A stretch of 64,000 nucleotides of DNA from Candidatus Micrarchaeaceae archaeon (GTDB lineage: Bacteria; Chloroflexota; Dormibacteria; Aeolococcales; Bog-877). The DNA lies in assembly GCA_035531715.1 (NCBI GenBank), contig DATKSI010000034.1, forward strand, positions 7,822-71,821, written 5' to 3'. The notes beneath the pieces are model-generated. The model saw nothing but the letters and a program-made list of their open reading frames with translations. It made no database searches and was not told where the DNA came from. The translations under genes were made by a program, and so were the position numbers. Positions 45,291 through 55,145 of the stretch are shown here, piece after piece; within the stretch, counting starts at the first letter, position 1, and every line of letters starts with the position of its first letter.

Positions 45291-45740
45291 CCCAGCATCC
45301 CCGACGGCAATCCTCCCCAACGGAGGGTCCTTCCCCTAGCCCTGGCCGGGTTCCCGGAAGGCGACCTGGCAGCCTATTTCGAGGGGCTCGCCAATCCCAC
45401 CCGACTTCGGATCGTGCAGCGACTCGCGGAGGTCAAGGAGGCCCGCGTCTCGGACGTGGCCCTGCTCTTAGGGATCAGCCAACCGCGCATGTCGTGGCAC
45501 CTCCGGCTCCTCCGCCGGGCGCGCATCGTCACCACCAGGCGGGATGGCCGCGAGGTTTTCTGCCGTCTCGACCGGGACTCAATCCAAGCCAGTTTTCAAC
45601 GCTTCTCCCGCCTGGTGGAGGAGAGACCCGCTCCGCGTTCGACGGCTTCGGCAGGGGCCGAGTCTGCATCAACTGAAATCGCCAGCCAGCCGCGCGCCCA
45701 CTCCGTAGCGGAGCGCTCGCTTCCAGAGGTAGTTCGATGA
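45285..45740 (+). CDS. ArsR/SmtB family transcriptional regulator
   Basis: [60 protein letters not shown] is a winged HTH. The TTG start is uncertain. Confidence 0.8.
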   Translation: MNPSIPDGNPPQRRVLPLALAGFPEGDLAAYFEGLANPTRLRIVQRLAEVKEARVSDVALLLGISQPRMSWHLRLLRRARIVTTRRDGREVFCRLDRDSIQASFQRFSRLVEERPAPRSTASAGAESASTEIASQPRAHSVAERSLPEVVR

Positions 45741-46933
45741 CCAAGAAGGTACGAGTCGCCATTATCGGTGTGGGGAACTGTGCGTCTTCCCTGATCCAGG
45801 GCGTGGAGTTTTATCGCGACGCCAGTCGCGACGATTTCGTCCCCGGCCTGATGCATGTGGAACTCGGCGGGTACCACATCAGCGACATCGAGTTCTCGGC
45901 CGCCTTTGACATCGATCGGGAGAAGGTCGGCTACGACCTGGGCGAGGCCATCTTCCGCGGCCAGAACAACACCGTCACCTTCGCCAAGGTGGGCAAGTTG
46001 GGGGTGCCGGTGCATCGTGGCATGACGCACGACGGTCTGGGCAAGTACCTCTCTGAGGTGATTGTGAAAGCGCCGGGACCGACGGCGGACATTGTCAGAA
46101 TCCTCAAAGAAACCAGAACGGACGTAGTGGTCAACTACCTACCCGTAGGCTCTGAAGCAGCCACCAAGTGGTACGCCGAACAAATTCTGGAAGCGGGCTG
46201 CGCCATGGTCAACTGCATGCCGGTTTTCATCGCGCGCGAGGAATACTGGCGCAAGCGGTTCGAAGAACACAAGCTGCCGATAATCGGCGACGACATCAAG
46301 TCGCAGGTGGGCTCGACCATCATCCACCGAGTGCTGACACGGCTCTTCCAGGAGCGGGGAGTGCAGCTCGACCATACCTATCAGCTGAACTTCGGCGGCA
46401 ATACCGACTTTCTTAACATGCTCGAGCGGGAGCGCCTGGAGAGCAAAAAGATCAGCAAGACCAACTCCGTGCTCTCGCAGCTGCAGCGGCCCATGGCCAA
46501 GGACGACGTGCACATCGGTCCCAGCGACTACGTGCCCTGGCTCAAGGACCGCAAGTGGGCGCACATCCGGATGGAGGGAAGAGCATTCGGCGATGTCCCG
46601 CTAACCGTCGACCTCAAGCTGGAGGTGCACGACTCGCCCAATTCGGCGGGAATCGTGATTGACGCTGTGCGTTGCTGCAAAGTGGGGCTGGATCGCGGTC
46701 TTAGTGGGGCCCTGGAAGGACCTTCGTCCTATTTCATGAAGTCGCCGCCGTTCCAGGTCTCGGACGAGCGGGCTCACGAGCTGACCGAGGCCTTCATCGC
46801 TGGCCGGGTGGGAGCGACCTGCATCAGCGATCCGGCGGAGTCGGCGGCTCCGCGTCAGCCCACCTCGGCTGGGAATGGGGTCGCCAGTCACTCCTCCGAA
46901 TTGGGCGCTGCCCCGGTAGGGAGCGAATCCTAG
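45737..46933 (+). CDS. ino1: myo-Inositol-1-phosphate synthase
   Basis: [24 protein letters not shown]...[26 protein letters not shown]...NYLPVGSE...[16 protein letters not shown] overlap with the arsR-family gene. Confidence 0.9.
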   Translation: MTKKVRVAIIGVGNCASSLIQGVEFYRDASRDDFVPGLMHVELGGYHISDIEFSAAFDIDREKVGYDLGEAIFRGQNNTVTFAKVGKLGVPVHRGMTHDGLGKYLSEVIVKAPGPTADIVRILKETRTDVVVNYLPVGSEAATKWYAEQILEAGCAMVNCMPVFIAREEYWRKRFEEHKLPIIGDDIKSQVGSTIIHRVLTRLFQERGVQLDHTYQLNFGGNTDFLNMLERERLESKKISKTNSVLSQLQRPMAKDDVHIGPSDYVPWLKDRKWAHIRMEGRAFGDVPLTVDLKLEVHDSPNSAGIVIDAVRCCKVGLDRGLSGALEGPSSYFMKSPPFQVSDERAHELTEAFIAGRVGATCISDPAESAAPRQPTSAGNGVASHSSELGAAPVGSES

Positions 46934-46987
46934 GGTTGCCCCTAGCCTCGGCTCGGCCGGGGAGGGCTCCTGAAGGACAGGGGTGAG

Positions 46988-47989
46988 TTGGCGATGAGCG
47001 TGGTCCGCGGAGCTGATCCGGATCCCCTGGTCGGGGAGTCTGCTCCGATCGGGGCCAACCCGGCGTCGCCTCTGCCAGCATTCCAACCCAGCTCGGGCTG
47101 GCTGGCGCGGGGCGGGCCGCAGGCGCTGGGCTTGCGGGTCGCCACCGTATTGGTCGCTCCCATGCCGAGGCGGCTGCGCTACCGTCTGGCCGACATCGGC
47201 GGGTCTGCCGCATTTGGGCTGCTGGCATCGAGAGCGCGCCGGGCCCGGCTCACCTACGCAGCATTTGCCCCGGGCGACCGTGCTGCCAGCTCGAGGCTGG
47301 CTCGGGGAGCCTTCCGCAACTATGCCCGCACGGTCATCGACTTCCTCGTCCTGGAGAAACTCTTGGAGGAGTTGAAGCAGACCCCCGGAGCCATCTCTCT
47401 AGCCCCGCTGGAGCGGGCGCTCGGCCAGGGTAACGGCGCCATCGTGGTTACCCCCCATCTGGGCAACTGGGACCTGGGCGCGGCCGCGATCGCCACCTGC
47501 GGGAGTCCGGTCCATGCGGTTACTGATCCCTTCGGACCGCCGGAGGTCGACGGCCTGGTCCGAGCCACTCGAGAGCGGCTGGGGGTGGGAGTTATCCCGG
47601 TCGGGCCCGCGAGTGCCCGGGAGGCGCTCCGGGCGCTCCGGCGAAACGAGGTGCTGCTCCTGGCCTGCGACATCGACCATGGCGGTGCGGGAGTCACCGT
47701 TTCCTTCCTCGGACGGCAGGTGGTCCTACCGTCCGGCCCCGCCACGCTCGCACTTCGGACCGGGGCGCCGGTGATTCCGGGCTACATGAAGCGGGGGGCA
47801 GATGGTCGTCACGAGTCGCGACTGCTGGCACCGCTGCCCGTTCCCACTCGCGGGGACGCCACCAGCCAGACCGCGGAGTTGACCCAGGCCATCGCCAGCG
47901 CCTTCGAAACCATGATCCGAGCGGATCCTGCGCAATGGTTCGCCTTCCACTCGTTGACCGATCACGGAACTGGAGTCTCCCGCTCATGA
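46988..47989 (+). CDS. Lysophospholipid (HtrB/PatA-like) acyltransferase
   Basis: GAIVVTPHLGNWDLGAAA (HX4D-type acyltransferase region) and ...PGYMKR. Lies within the PI/PIM operon. Confidence 0.7.
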   Translation: MAMSVVRGADPDPLVGESAPIGANPASPLPAFQPSSGWLARGGPQALGLRVATVLVAPMPRRLRYRLADIGGSAAFGLLASRARRARLTYAAFAPGDRAASSRLARGAFRNYARTVIDFLVLEKLLEELKQTPGAISLAPLERALGQGNGAIVVTPHLGNWDLGAAAIATCGSPVHAVTDPFGPPEVDGLVRATRERLGVGVIPVGPASAREALRALRRNEVLLLACDIDHGGAGVTVSFLGRQVVLPSGPATLALRTGAPVIPGYMKRGADGRHESRLLAPLPVPTRGDATSQTAELTQAIASAFETMIRADPAQWFAFHSLTDHGTGVSRS

Positions 47990-49071
47990 AGCCGCCCTCG
48001 CTCCGCACCCTGGTCCCCAGGGTCGGCCTGAGCGCCGCCAAGGGGGCCGAGCTCGCCCCGGTCAGTCTGGCGCAGCCGGAGCCACTCCTACCCTACCTTG
48101 GTCTGAGGACGGCGGAGCTGGCCCTGCGGACGATCGATCGCAAAAAGGCCTATCGGCTGGCAGGGCCGCTGGCCACCCTTCTCACGACCTGCTGGCCGTC
48201 GCACTGGCGCGGGCTGCGGGCCAACCTGGAGGTGATCCGACCGGGGCTCAGCCGGCGGCAGATGCGTCAGCTTTTACGCCGAAACGTACGCAATTTCTTC
48301 AAGGCCTGGATCGATCTGCTGCAGATGTCGCATCGGCCGCTGGAGGAATGGCGGTCCCTGATCCGGCTCCAGGATGCCCACTTCCTCGACGAAGCCCGTG
48401 CGGGCGGACACGGGGTGATCATCGTCAGCTTGCATCTAGGTTCGTGGGAGGCGGCGATCGCCGCCCTGCGGGACCACTTCACCTTCACCGAGGGTGGGCT
48501 CGCGCTGCTAGCCGAGCAGGTGCGCCCGATCCGGTGTTTCAACTGGCTGGTCCGAGCTCGGACCAAGGTGGGATGTCAGGTGATCCCGCTCAACGTCGAT
48601 GCCGTTCGGCAGGGCGACCAGGAGGCGGTCAGTCGCTCCGGTGCGGCCGCGGTCCGCCAGATCTATAAGGTGCTCTCCCGGAACGGGGTGGTTGTGATCG
48701 CCATCGACCGCGACCTGCTCGGGACTGGGGAACCGCTTCCCTTTTGTGGCCGCCGAGCCTCGATTCCCCTGGGAGCGGTGGAGATCGCGGCCCGAACCGG
48801 TGCGGCGATCCTGCCCGTTTGCCTGCTCCGGGATTCCGACGACCACTACCTGGGCCGAGGGTACGCCCCGATCTGGCTGACTCCGGGCGCCGATCCCCAG
48901 GAGACCTTCCGCCAGGCGACGCGCGAGTTGCTTCGAATCCTCGAGCCACAACTGCGCGCCCATCCGGACCAGTGGCACGTCATGACGCCCTTGTTTGGGG
49001 AGCCGATGGCGGAGCTCGAGTCGCTGGCCGAGGCCCGCGCCGTGGCCGCGGTGGGAGCACCGACGCCATGA
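47986..49071 (+). CDS. Lysophospholipid (HtrB/PatA-like) acyltransferase, second paralogue
   Basis: GVIIVSLHLGSWEAAIAAL... ATGA overlaps at both ends (47986-47989 and 49068-49071). Confidence 0.7.
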   Translation: MKPPSLRTLVPRVGLSAAKGAELAPVSLAQPEPLLPYLGLRTAELALRTIDRKKAYRLAGPLATLLTTCWPSHWRGLRANLEVIRPGLSRRQMRQLLRRNVRNFFKAWIDLLQMSHRPLEEWRSLIRLQDAHFLDEARAGGHGVIIVSLHLGSWEAAIAALRDHFTFTEGGLALLAEQVRPIRCFNWLVRARTKVGCQVIPLNVDAVRQGDQEAVSRSGAAAVRQIYKVLSRNGVVVIAIDRDLLGTGEPLPFCGRRASIPLGAVEIAARTGAAILPVCLLRDSDDHYLGRGYAPIWLTPGADPQETFRQATRELLRILEPQLRAHPDQWHVMTPLFGEPMAELESLAEARAVAAVGAPTP

Positions 49072-50237
49072 AGGTCGGACTTGTCTCGCCCTATGACTAC
49101 GGCAGGCCGGGTGGCGTTGGGGAGCACGTGCGCCATCTGGCGACCGAGCTCCGGCGCCAGGGCACCGAGGTCAAGATCATGGCTCCCTCGGCCGGGGGAC
49201 GCCGACCAGCTATCGAGGGGCTGTACCCGCTGGGCAGGCCGATTCCCATCCCGGCCAATGGGTCGGTCGCCAGAATCTCCTTGTCCTTCCACCTTTCCCG
49301 CAAGATCCGGGAAATCCTTGATCGGGAACGCTTCGACGTGATCCACCTCCACGAACCGTTGATGCCGGCGCTGCCGGTGACCGTCCTGCGGATCAACACG
49401 GAGGGGGTGAACGTGGGCACCTTCCACGCGTACGCGCGTCAGAATCTCGGTTACTACTACGGTCGGCCCTTGCTGCGCCGACAGTTTCGCAAGCTCGATT
49501 CCTGCATCGCGGTTTCCGAGCCAGCGAAGGCCTTTGTCTCGCGCTACTTCCCGTCCGATTACACCGTGATCCCGAACGGGATCGACCCCATGATCTTCAA
49601 CCCCGCGGTCCCGCCCGCCTCGGGAATCCGCCATGACCACCGCCAAACCATCCTCTTCCTCGGACGGCTCGAAGAGCGCAAGGGGCTGGGGACTCTGCTG
49701 GACGCCTACTCGCTCTTGCGCCAGGTACGCGACGATTGCCAGCTGGTGGTCGTTGGCGACGGCCCACTCAGGCTCGGATTTGAGCGACGGGTGGAGGAGG
49801 AAGGGATCCCCGACGTCCGCTTTTGTGGCTTCGTCCCCGAAGCCGAGAAACCGGGCTACTTCACGGCTGCCGACATCTATTGTGCCCCCAACACCGGCAA
49901 GGAGTCGTTCGGCGTGATCCTGCTGGAGGCGATGGCCAGCGGCTTACCGGTGGTGGCGACCACCATCGACGGATTCCGCCAGGTGATCACCGATGGGGAG
50001 GAGGGGATACTCACGCCGCCTCGCGACGAGGCCCAGATGGCAGTTGCGCTGGCTCGGCTGCTCGACAGCCCCCAGCTCCGCCGCCGCCTCGCCGAGCGGG
50101 GCTGCCGGGCCGCGGAGGGTTATGCCTGGTCCCTGGTCGCCGACCGTGTGCTCGCTGTTTACGAATCCGCGCTCCGAGCCCGGAGTCAACCTGAGGTGCA
50201 TTCCTGTGTTCAGCAGTCTGCTGCAAGCGTCCGTTAG
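49068..50237 (+). CDS. pimA: GT4 glycosyltransferase, phosphatidylinositol alpha-mannosyltransferase-like
   Basis: MKVGLVSPYDYGRPGGVGEHVRHLATELRRQGTEVKIMAPS and C-terminal ESFGVILLEAMASGLPVVAT (GT4 EX7E region). Confidence 0.8.
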   Translation: MKVGLVSPYDYGRPGGVGEHVRHLATELRRQGTEVKIMAPSAGGRRPAIEGLYPLGRPIPIPANGSVARISLSFHLSRKIREILDRERFDVIHLHEPLMPALPVTVLRINTEGVNVGTFHAYARQNLGYYYGRPLLRRQFRKLDSCIAVSEPAKAFVSRYFPSDYTVIPNGIDPMIFNPAVPPASGIRHDHRQTILFLGRLEERKGLGTLLDAYSLLRQVRDDCQLVVVGDGPLRLGFERRVEEEGIPDVRFCGFVPEAEKPGYFTAADIYCAPNTGKESFGVILLEAMASGLPVVATTIDGFRQVITDGEEGILTPPRDEAQMAVALARLLDSPQLRRRLAERGCRAAEGYAWSLVADRVLAVYESALRARSQPEVHSCVQQSAASVR

Positions 50238-50877
50238 AGCTGGCGCGCAGCGGCTGGCCGCAGCCGCTCGTCTGGTCAAGGTCAGCCCCAACGTGATCAC
50301 CATGGTTGGGCTGGCGCTGACATTGGTGTCAGCTGTGCTGATCGGTCTCAACCTGCTCCTGGCCGCCGGCCTGGTTCTGCTCCTGGCGGGATCCATGGAC
50401 ATCCTCGATGGGGCAGTGGCCCGGGTTTCCGGACGGGTCCACCGATACGGAGCATTCCTCGACAGTACCGCCGACCGCTATGGCGAGGGCGCGATCTACC
50501 TGGGCATGCTCTACCTGTTCTTAGTCCGCCTTCACGAGGATCCCCAGGTCTTTCTGATCGCGGCGGCGCTGCTAGGCTCGCTGCTGGTCAGCTACGTCAG
50601 GGCCCGGGCCCAGTCGCTCGGCTTCACTTGTGACGGGGGTTGGTTTGCCAGGCCCGAGCGGGTGGTGGTCACTGCGCTGGGGTTGATGCTGGGGCAGCTG
50701 ACCATCGTGCTCTGGATCCTCGCCATCGCCACCAACTTGACCGCCATCCAGCGGATCTATCTGGTCTGGGGCCAGTACCGCGTGCAGCTCCGCCAGGAGT
50801 CGGACCCCGCCGAGGCCGCCGAGCCGTCCCCGCAGCTGCCTCCGGCGAAGCCTCGCCGCGGCGCGGCGCCCAGCTAA
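50206..50877 (+). CDS. CDP-alcohol phosphatidyltransferase (phosphatidylinositol-phosphate synthase-like)
   Basis: [31 protein letters not shown] is the DGx2ARx8Gx3Dx3D motif. The GTG 50206 start overlaps pimA by 32 nt and is uncertain. Confidence 0.8.
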   Translation: MFSSLLQASVRAGAQRLAAAARLVKVSPNVITMVGLALTLVSAVLIGLNLLLAAGLVLLLAGSMDILDGAVARVSGRVHRYGAFLDSTADRYGEGAIYLGMLYLFLVRLHEDPQVFLIAAALLGSLLVSYVRARAQSLGFTCDGGWFARPERVVVTALGLMLGQLTIVLWILAIATNLTAIQRIYLVWGQYRVQLRQESDPAEAAEPSPQLPPAKPRRGAAPS

Positions 50878-50909
50878 CCTTCGGCTGTGGACCCTCGCTG
50901 GAGCAGGCG

Positions 50910-51428
50910 TTGAGGCAGAGTCAGGTCCCGGCCCTGGTCGCCGTGGTGATGGGTTCGAGTTCCGACTGGGAGACCCTCTCCCACGCGGCGCAGACCCTGA
51001 CTGAACTGGCGATAGCCCACGAGACGAAGGTGGTCTCGGCCCACCGAACTCCCGATCTGCTCTTCGAATACGCCGCCTCCGCGGAGGGAAGGGGGCTCCG
51101 GGTGATCATCGCCGGCGCCGGGGGCGCCGCCCACCTCCCCGGGATGCTTGCTTCCAAGACCCACCTGCCGGTGCTGGGCGTCCCGGTGGAGAGCAAGGCG
51201 TTGCACGGAGTGGACTCGCTGCTCTCGATCGCCCAGATGCCGGCGGGGGTGCCGGTGGGGACGCTGGCGATTGGTCGAGCTGGAGCCATCAACGCGGCCC
51301 TGCTGGCCGCTTCGATACTGGCTCTCAGCGACCCCCTCGTCCGGACGGCGCTACTGACCTTCAGAGCGAGACAGACCGAGGCAGTCTTGAGTCGTCCGGA
51401 CCCCCGTCCCGATCTCTCCCAGTCGTAG
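50910..51428 (+). CDS. purE: N5-carboxyaminoimidazole ribonucleotide mutase
   Basis: [14 protein letters not shown]...VVSAHRTPD...[26 protein letters not shown]. The TTG 50910 start is uncertain. Confidence 0.9.
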   Translation: MRQSQVPALVAVVMGSSSDWETLSHAAQTLTELAIAHETKVVSAHRTPDLLFEYAASAEGRGLRVIIAGAGGAAHLPGMLASKTHLPVLGVPVESKALHGVDSLLSIAQMPAGVPVGTLAIGRAGAINAALLAASILALSDPLVRTALLTFRARQTEAVLSRPDPRPDLSQS

Positions 51429-52631
51429 GTGGGCTTGCGGATCGGCTGCTTGGGCGGCGGCCAGCTTGGGCGGATGCTCGCCCTGGCAGGTCTGCCGCTG
51501 GGGCTGCGATTCACCTTCCTGGAGCCGCTCGAGGGGGCGGCGGCGGCGGCGGTCGGCCGCCAACTGGTGGGCCCCTACGACGACCGGGACCTGCTGCTGC
51601 AATTGGGGTCGGAATCCGACCTGGTCACCTTCGAATTCGAGTCGGTGCCCGAGAGTTCAGCGCACCTCCTTGCCCAGTCCAGCCCGGTCTTCCCGCCGCC
51701 GCGCGCACTGGCTGTCTCTCAGGACCGACTGTTGGAGAAGCGGCTGTTCCGGAAGCTGGGGATCGAGACCGCCAGCTACGCCGAGGTGGGTTCCCGGGCG
51801 GAGTTACCCAAAGCAGCCGAGGTCGGGTTTCCGGCCCTGCTGAAGACTCGGCGATTGGGCTACGACGGCCGCGGCCAGCGCCTGGTGACGGAGGCTTCCC
51901 AGCTGGAGCTGGCCTGGGGCGAGCTTGGTCAGGTTCCCTCGATCCTGGAGCGGCTGGTGCCGTTTCAGCGGGAGCTCTCAGTTGTCTGTGTCCGAGCGAG
52001 CGGCGGAGAGTCCGCGGCCTACCCACTCGTGCAGAACTACCACCGAGAGGGGATTCTCCGGCTCACCTTGGCACCCGCTCCGGAGCTCAATCCTGACCTG
52101 CAGCGGGAGGCGGTCACCATCGCGGCCTCCATCCTGGAAGAGCTCGAATACGTCGGGGTCCTGGCGGTGGAGCTCTTCCAGGTTGACGGCCGCCTCGTGG
52201 CCAATGAGATCGCCCCCAGGGTGCACAACTCGGGGCACTGGACGATGGATGGCGCCGCCTGCAGCCAATTCGAGAACCACCTCCGCGCGGGACTCGGCTG
52301 GCCCCTGGGCGACACCGCCAGCACTGGCTACACCGCGATGGTCAACCTCCTCGGGGAGGAGCCGGACGTTGGCGAGCTGCTGTCTCTACCGGGCGCCCAC
52401 CTCCACCTCTACGGCAAGGCGCCACGCCCCTTACGAAAGATCGGGCACCTCAACATCGTGGGCCAGGATCCTCACCAGGTGACGTTGCAACTACGGGCGC
52501 TGGCCGACGTGTTGCGTGCCGACCTTCCCCTGCCCAACGACACCCACTCCTTCTGGCCCGGGGGACCGGCCTCGGATCATGCCGGAGCCCTGGCCGACAC
52601 GGGTGAGGACCCGGGCTCGAACGGACCTTGA
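51429..52631 (+). CDS. purK: N5-carboxyaminoimidazole ribonucleotide synthase
   Basis: GTG start directly after the purE stop. IGCLGGGQLGRMLA, ATP-grasp segment PALLKTRRLGYDGRGQ and NEIAPRVHNSGHWT. Confidence 0.85.
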   Translation: MGLRIGCLGGGQLGRMLALAGLPLGLRFTFLEPLEGAAAAAVGRQLVGPYDDRDLLLQLGSESDLVTFEFESVPESSAHLLAQSSPVFPPPRALAVSQDRLLEKRLFRKLGIETASYAEVGSRAELPKAAEVGFPALLKTRRLGYDGRGQRLVTEASQLELAWGELGQVPSILERLVPFQRELSVVCVRASGGESAAYPLVQNYHREGILRLTLAPAPELNPDLQREAVTIAASILEELEYVGVLAVELFQVDGRLVANEIAPRVHNSGHWTMDGAACSQFENHLRAGLGWPLGDTASTGYTAMVNLLGEEPDVGELLSLPGAHLHLYGKAPRPLRKIGHLNIVGQDPHQVTLQLRALADVLRADLPLPNDTHSFWPGGPASDHAGALADTGEDPGSNGP

Positions 52632-53003
52632 ACTCACGGGGCGGTGGTCGCCAGGCGATCGCCTCTCGACCGGCAAGCCGTGGCTGAGCCAATCTCCGGG
52701 AAGTTCAATGCCAACCAAGCCGCTCACCGCCCGGACCGGGATCGCGAGGTAAGCGAGGGGAACCCTTCCGTCTCAACGAGAGGCCACAGCCGGACGCGGC
52801 TCCCGATTGGAGGTCCGCGCGCTTCGACCTTCCTGGCCGTGAACTCCTCGCCCCAGCTGTCGTGGAGGTCGCCCCGGGGCTCCGGTTACGCGCGATCGGG
52901 ATCACCTAACTGTCCCGGTGAATCGCGCCCAGGACGCGCCGTGCGGCTGCACCTCATCTCCCGACGAGCGCCTTCGTGGCACTTGCTAAGGTTTGCCCCG
53001 TAG

Positions 53004-54122
53004 GTGGCCAGCCGACGAAAGGCGCAAGGCGGCGATGGAGAGCGGCGGGCAGCGAGGATCCCGCCTCGCTGGAGTCTGGAGGCGATCATCGGCCACCGCC
53101 CCGTGGTGGCGTCGCTGCGGCACCAGCTCTCTACCAGCACTCTCTCGCACGCCTACTGGGTCTCCGGCCCTCCCCAGATCGGGAAGACCACCCTCGCCCT
53201 GTCGGTAGCGGCTGAGCTGCTTTCCGGAGGAGAGTGGCCGGGCGGCCTTCTCGCCCATCCCGACCTGTGGTTCGAGGATGCCAGCGAGTCAATCAAAATC
53301 GACCGCATTCGTGCCCGTGGCTCCGAACTCGACGCCGAGGAGGGTCCGTCCCTCCAGCACTTTCTCAGCCTGTCGGCGTTCGCCGGAGCGGGCAAGGTGG
53401 CTGTCATCGGCAACGCCGAATGGCTCACCATCGAAGCCGCCAACAGCTTGCTTCGCCTTCTGGAGGAGCCCCCGGCCAACACCACCATCTGGCTCTGCAC
53501 CTCCCGGCCGGACTCGGAGCATCTCCCCAGCACCATCCGCAGCCGGTGCCAGCAGCTGCTCTTGGGTCCGGTCGAGCCCAATGCAATCGCCGAGTGGCTG
53601 GTGGGGGTCCACCAATTCGACAGCGAAGCAGCCAGGGTGGCGGCGGCCGTCTGCCTGGGTCGTCCCGGTCTGGGACTGGCGATGGCGCGGGACCGCGATC
53701 TCGGACGCCGCGCGACCGAGCAGCTGGAAAGGTTTGCCGGCTGCGCTGCCCAGGGACCACGTCAGTGGCTGGAATTGAGCCGCGAGCTGGCCGAGCGTGG
53801 TACTGACCGGGAGGTAGCTCGTGGAGCACTCCGAGTGTGGGCCAGTTTTCTGCGAGATTGTTGCTGCCAGGCCAACGGTGTCCCGGAACTCACCCGCTGG
53901 CCGGACGAAGCCGAGCTGGCCTCCGAGTGGGCCCAGTGGCTCGGGCCGGAGGGATGCTCCAGGCGTTACGATCTGGCGCTGGACGCGCTCGCGCGGCTCG
54001 ACGAGAAGGCAACGCCGCGGCTCGTCCTCGACCGGTTCCTGCTCCTGACCTTCGGGGACGTCCCCCAGGGCCACTCAGGAGGCGATCGTCGACCGGTCCT
54101 TACTGCAATCGACCAGAGGTGA
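53004..54122 (+). CDS. holB: DNA polymerase III subunit delta-prime
   Basis: SHAYWVSGPPQIGKTTLA, AANSLLRLLEEPPANT and LPSTIRSRCQ (clamp-loader boxes). Confidence 0.8.
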   Translation: MASRRKAQGGDGERRAARIPPRWSLEAIIGHRPVVASLRHQLSTSTLSHAYWVSGPPQIGKTTLALSVAAELLSGGEWPGGLLAHPDLWFEDASESIKIDRIRARGSELDAEEGPSLQHFLSLSAFAGAGKVAVIGNAEWLTIEAANSLLRLLEEPPANTTIWLCTSRPDSEHLPSTIRSRCQQLLLGPVEPNAIAEWLVGVHQFDSEAARVAAAVCLGRPGLGLAMARDRDLGRRATEQLERFAGCAAQGPRQWLELSRELAERGTDREVARGALRVWASFLRDCCCQANGVPELTRWPDEAELASEWAQWLGPEGCSRRYDLALDALARLDEKATPRLVLDRFLLLTFGDVPQGHSGGDRRPVLTAIDQR

Positions 54123-54126
54123 GCCA

Positions 54127-54999
54127 ATGCCCTTAGCGGTGGGGGTTAAATTCCGCCGTCACGGACCTTTGAACTACTACGCCCCTTTGGACGAGGAGTT
54201 GGTGCTGGGCACCCAGGTCGTGGCGGAGACGGCTAGAGGCGTGGAGATTGGCGAGGTGGTCATGGATTCCACGGAGATGGACCAGCGGATGGTTCCCGAT
54301 CCGCTCCCCCCGGTGCTCCGCCGGGCCAGTCCGGCGGACCTGGCACACCGGGCGGAGATTGACAGCCGGATTCCCGACGTTGTCCGGCAGGCGCGGGACC
54401 TGGTCCAGGAGCGCGACCTGCCGATCAAGGTAGCCCGAGCGGAGATCAGCTTCGACGAGTCCCGGATTCTTTTCGACTTCACCGCCGAGCGTCAGACCGA
54501 CTATCAGGACATGGCCAAGGAGCTCGCCTCCCGGCTACGCTGCCGGGTCGAGCTGCGCCAGGTAGGTGCTCGCGACGAGGCCAAGGAAAAGGACGGGTAT
54601 GGGCCCTGCGGACGCCGGCTCTGCTGCTCCTCCTGGTTAAAGGAGTTCGTGCCGGTCACGATCAAGATGGCCAAGGAGCAGGGGTTGCCCCTCAACCCGA
54701 CCCGGCTCAACGGAATGTGCGGCAAGTTGAAGTGCTGCTTGCAGTACGAGAACGAGCAGTACGTTGATCTCAAGAGTCGGCTTCCGCTGCCCGGCACCTC
54801 GCTGGAGGTGGAGGGCCAGCGGGCCACGGTAGCCGAGATCAGTTTGGTCCGCGAGCAGGTGCTGGTGAGCATGACCGAGTCTGGCACGGTGGTGGCGCTC
54901 CCCGTGGCCGGTCTGTTGCAGGCACCGCGGCCCCGGGGAGAAGGCGGCGGGGGCGGTAAGCGGCGCCGCACCCGGCCCCCGGGGACATCGAGCAGCTAG
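54127..54999 (+). CDS. ricT: PSP1-domain protein (RicT/YaaT-like)
   Basis: VGVKFRRHGPLNYYAP...GTQVVAETARGVEIGEV and Cys motifs GPCGRRLCCSSWL and CGKLKCCLQYE. Conserved holB-ricT adjacency. Confidence 0.85.
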   Translation: MPLAVGVKFRRHGPLNYYAPLDEELVLGTQVVAETARGVEIGEVVMDSTEMDQRMVPDPLPPVLRRASPADLAHRAEIDSRIPDVVRQARDLVQERDLPIKVARAEISFDESRILFDFTAERQTDYQDMAKELASRLRCRVELRQVGARDEAKEKDGYGPCGRRLCCSSWLKEFVPVTIKMAKEQGLPLNPTRLNGMCGKLKCCLQYENEQYVDLKSRLPLPGTSLEVEGQRATVAEISLVREQVLVSMTESGTVVALPVAGLLQAPRPRGEGGGGGKRRRTRPPGTSSS

Positions 55000-55145
55000 C
55001 CACCTCCCCGGCAGCTCGGTCGCGCCGCCTTGTCCGCCGGAACCGCCGGGTGCGTCAAGTGTTCTCTCGATCTCAAATGGGTGTCCGGACGGTCCAGGTT
55101 CGGGCGTAGACTCCACCGGGTCCGAAGGCCTCGCACGCTGAGCCC

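Noticed and set aside
55000-55145. Possible riboswitch (guanidine-III, ZTP or THF-like) upstream of the MFS gene, suggested by ccggacgg...ccgggtccgaagg.
   Set aside because: The conserved cores of those classes, as I recall them, are not present; there are only short GC-rich resemblances.
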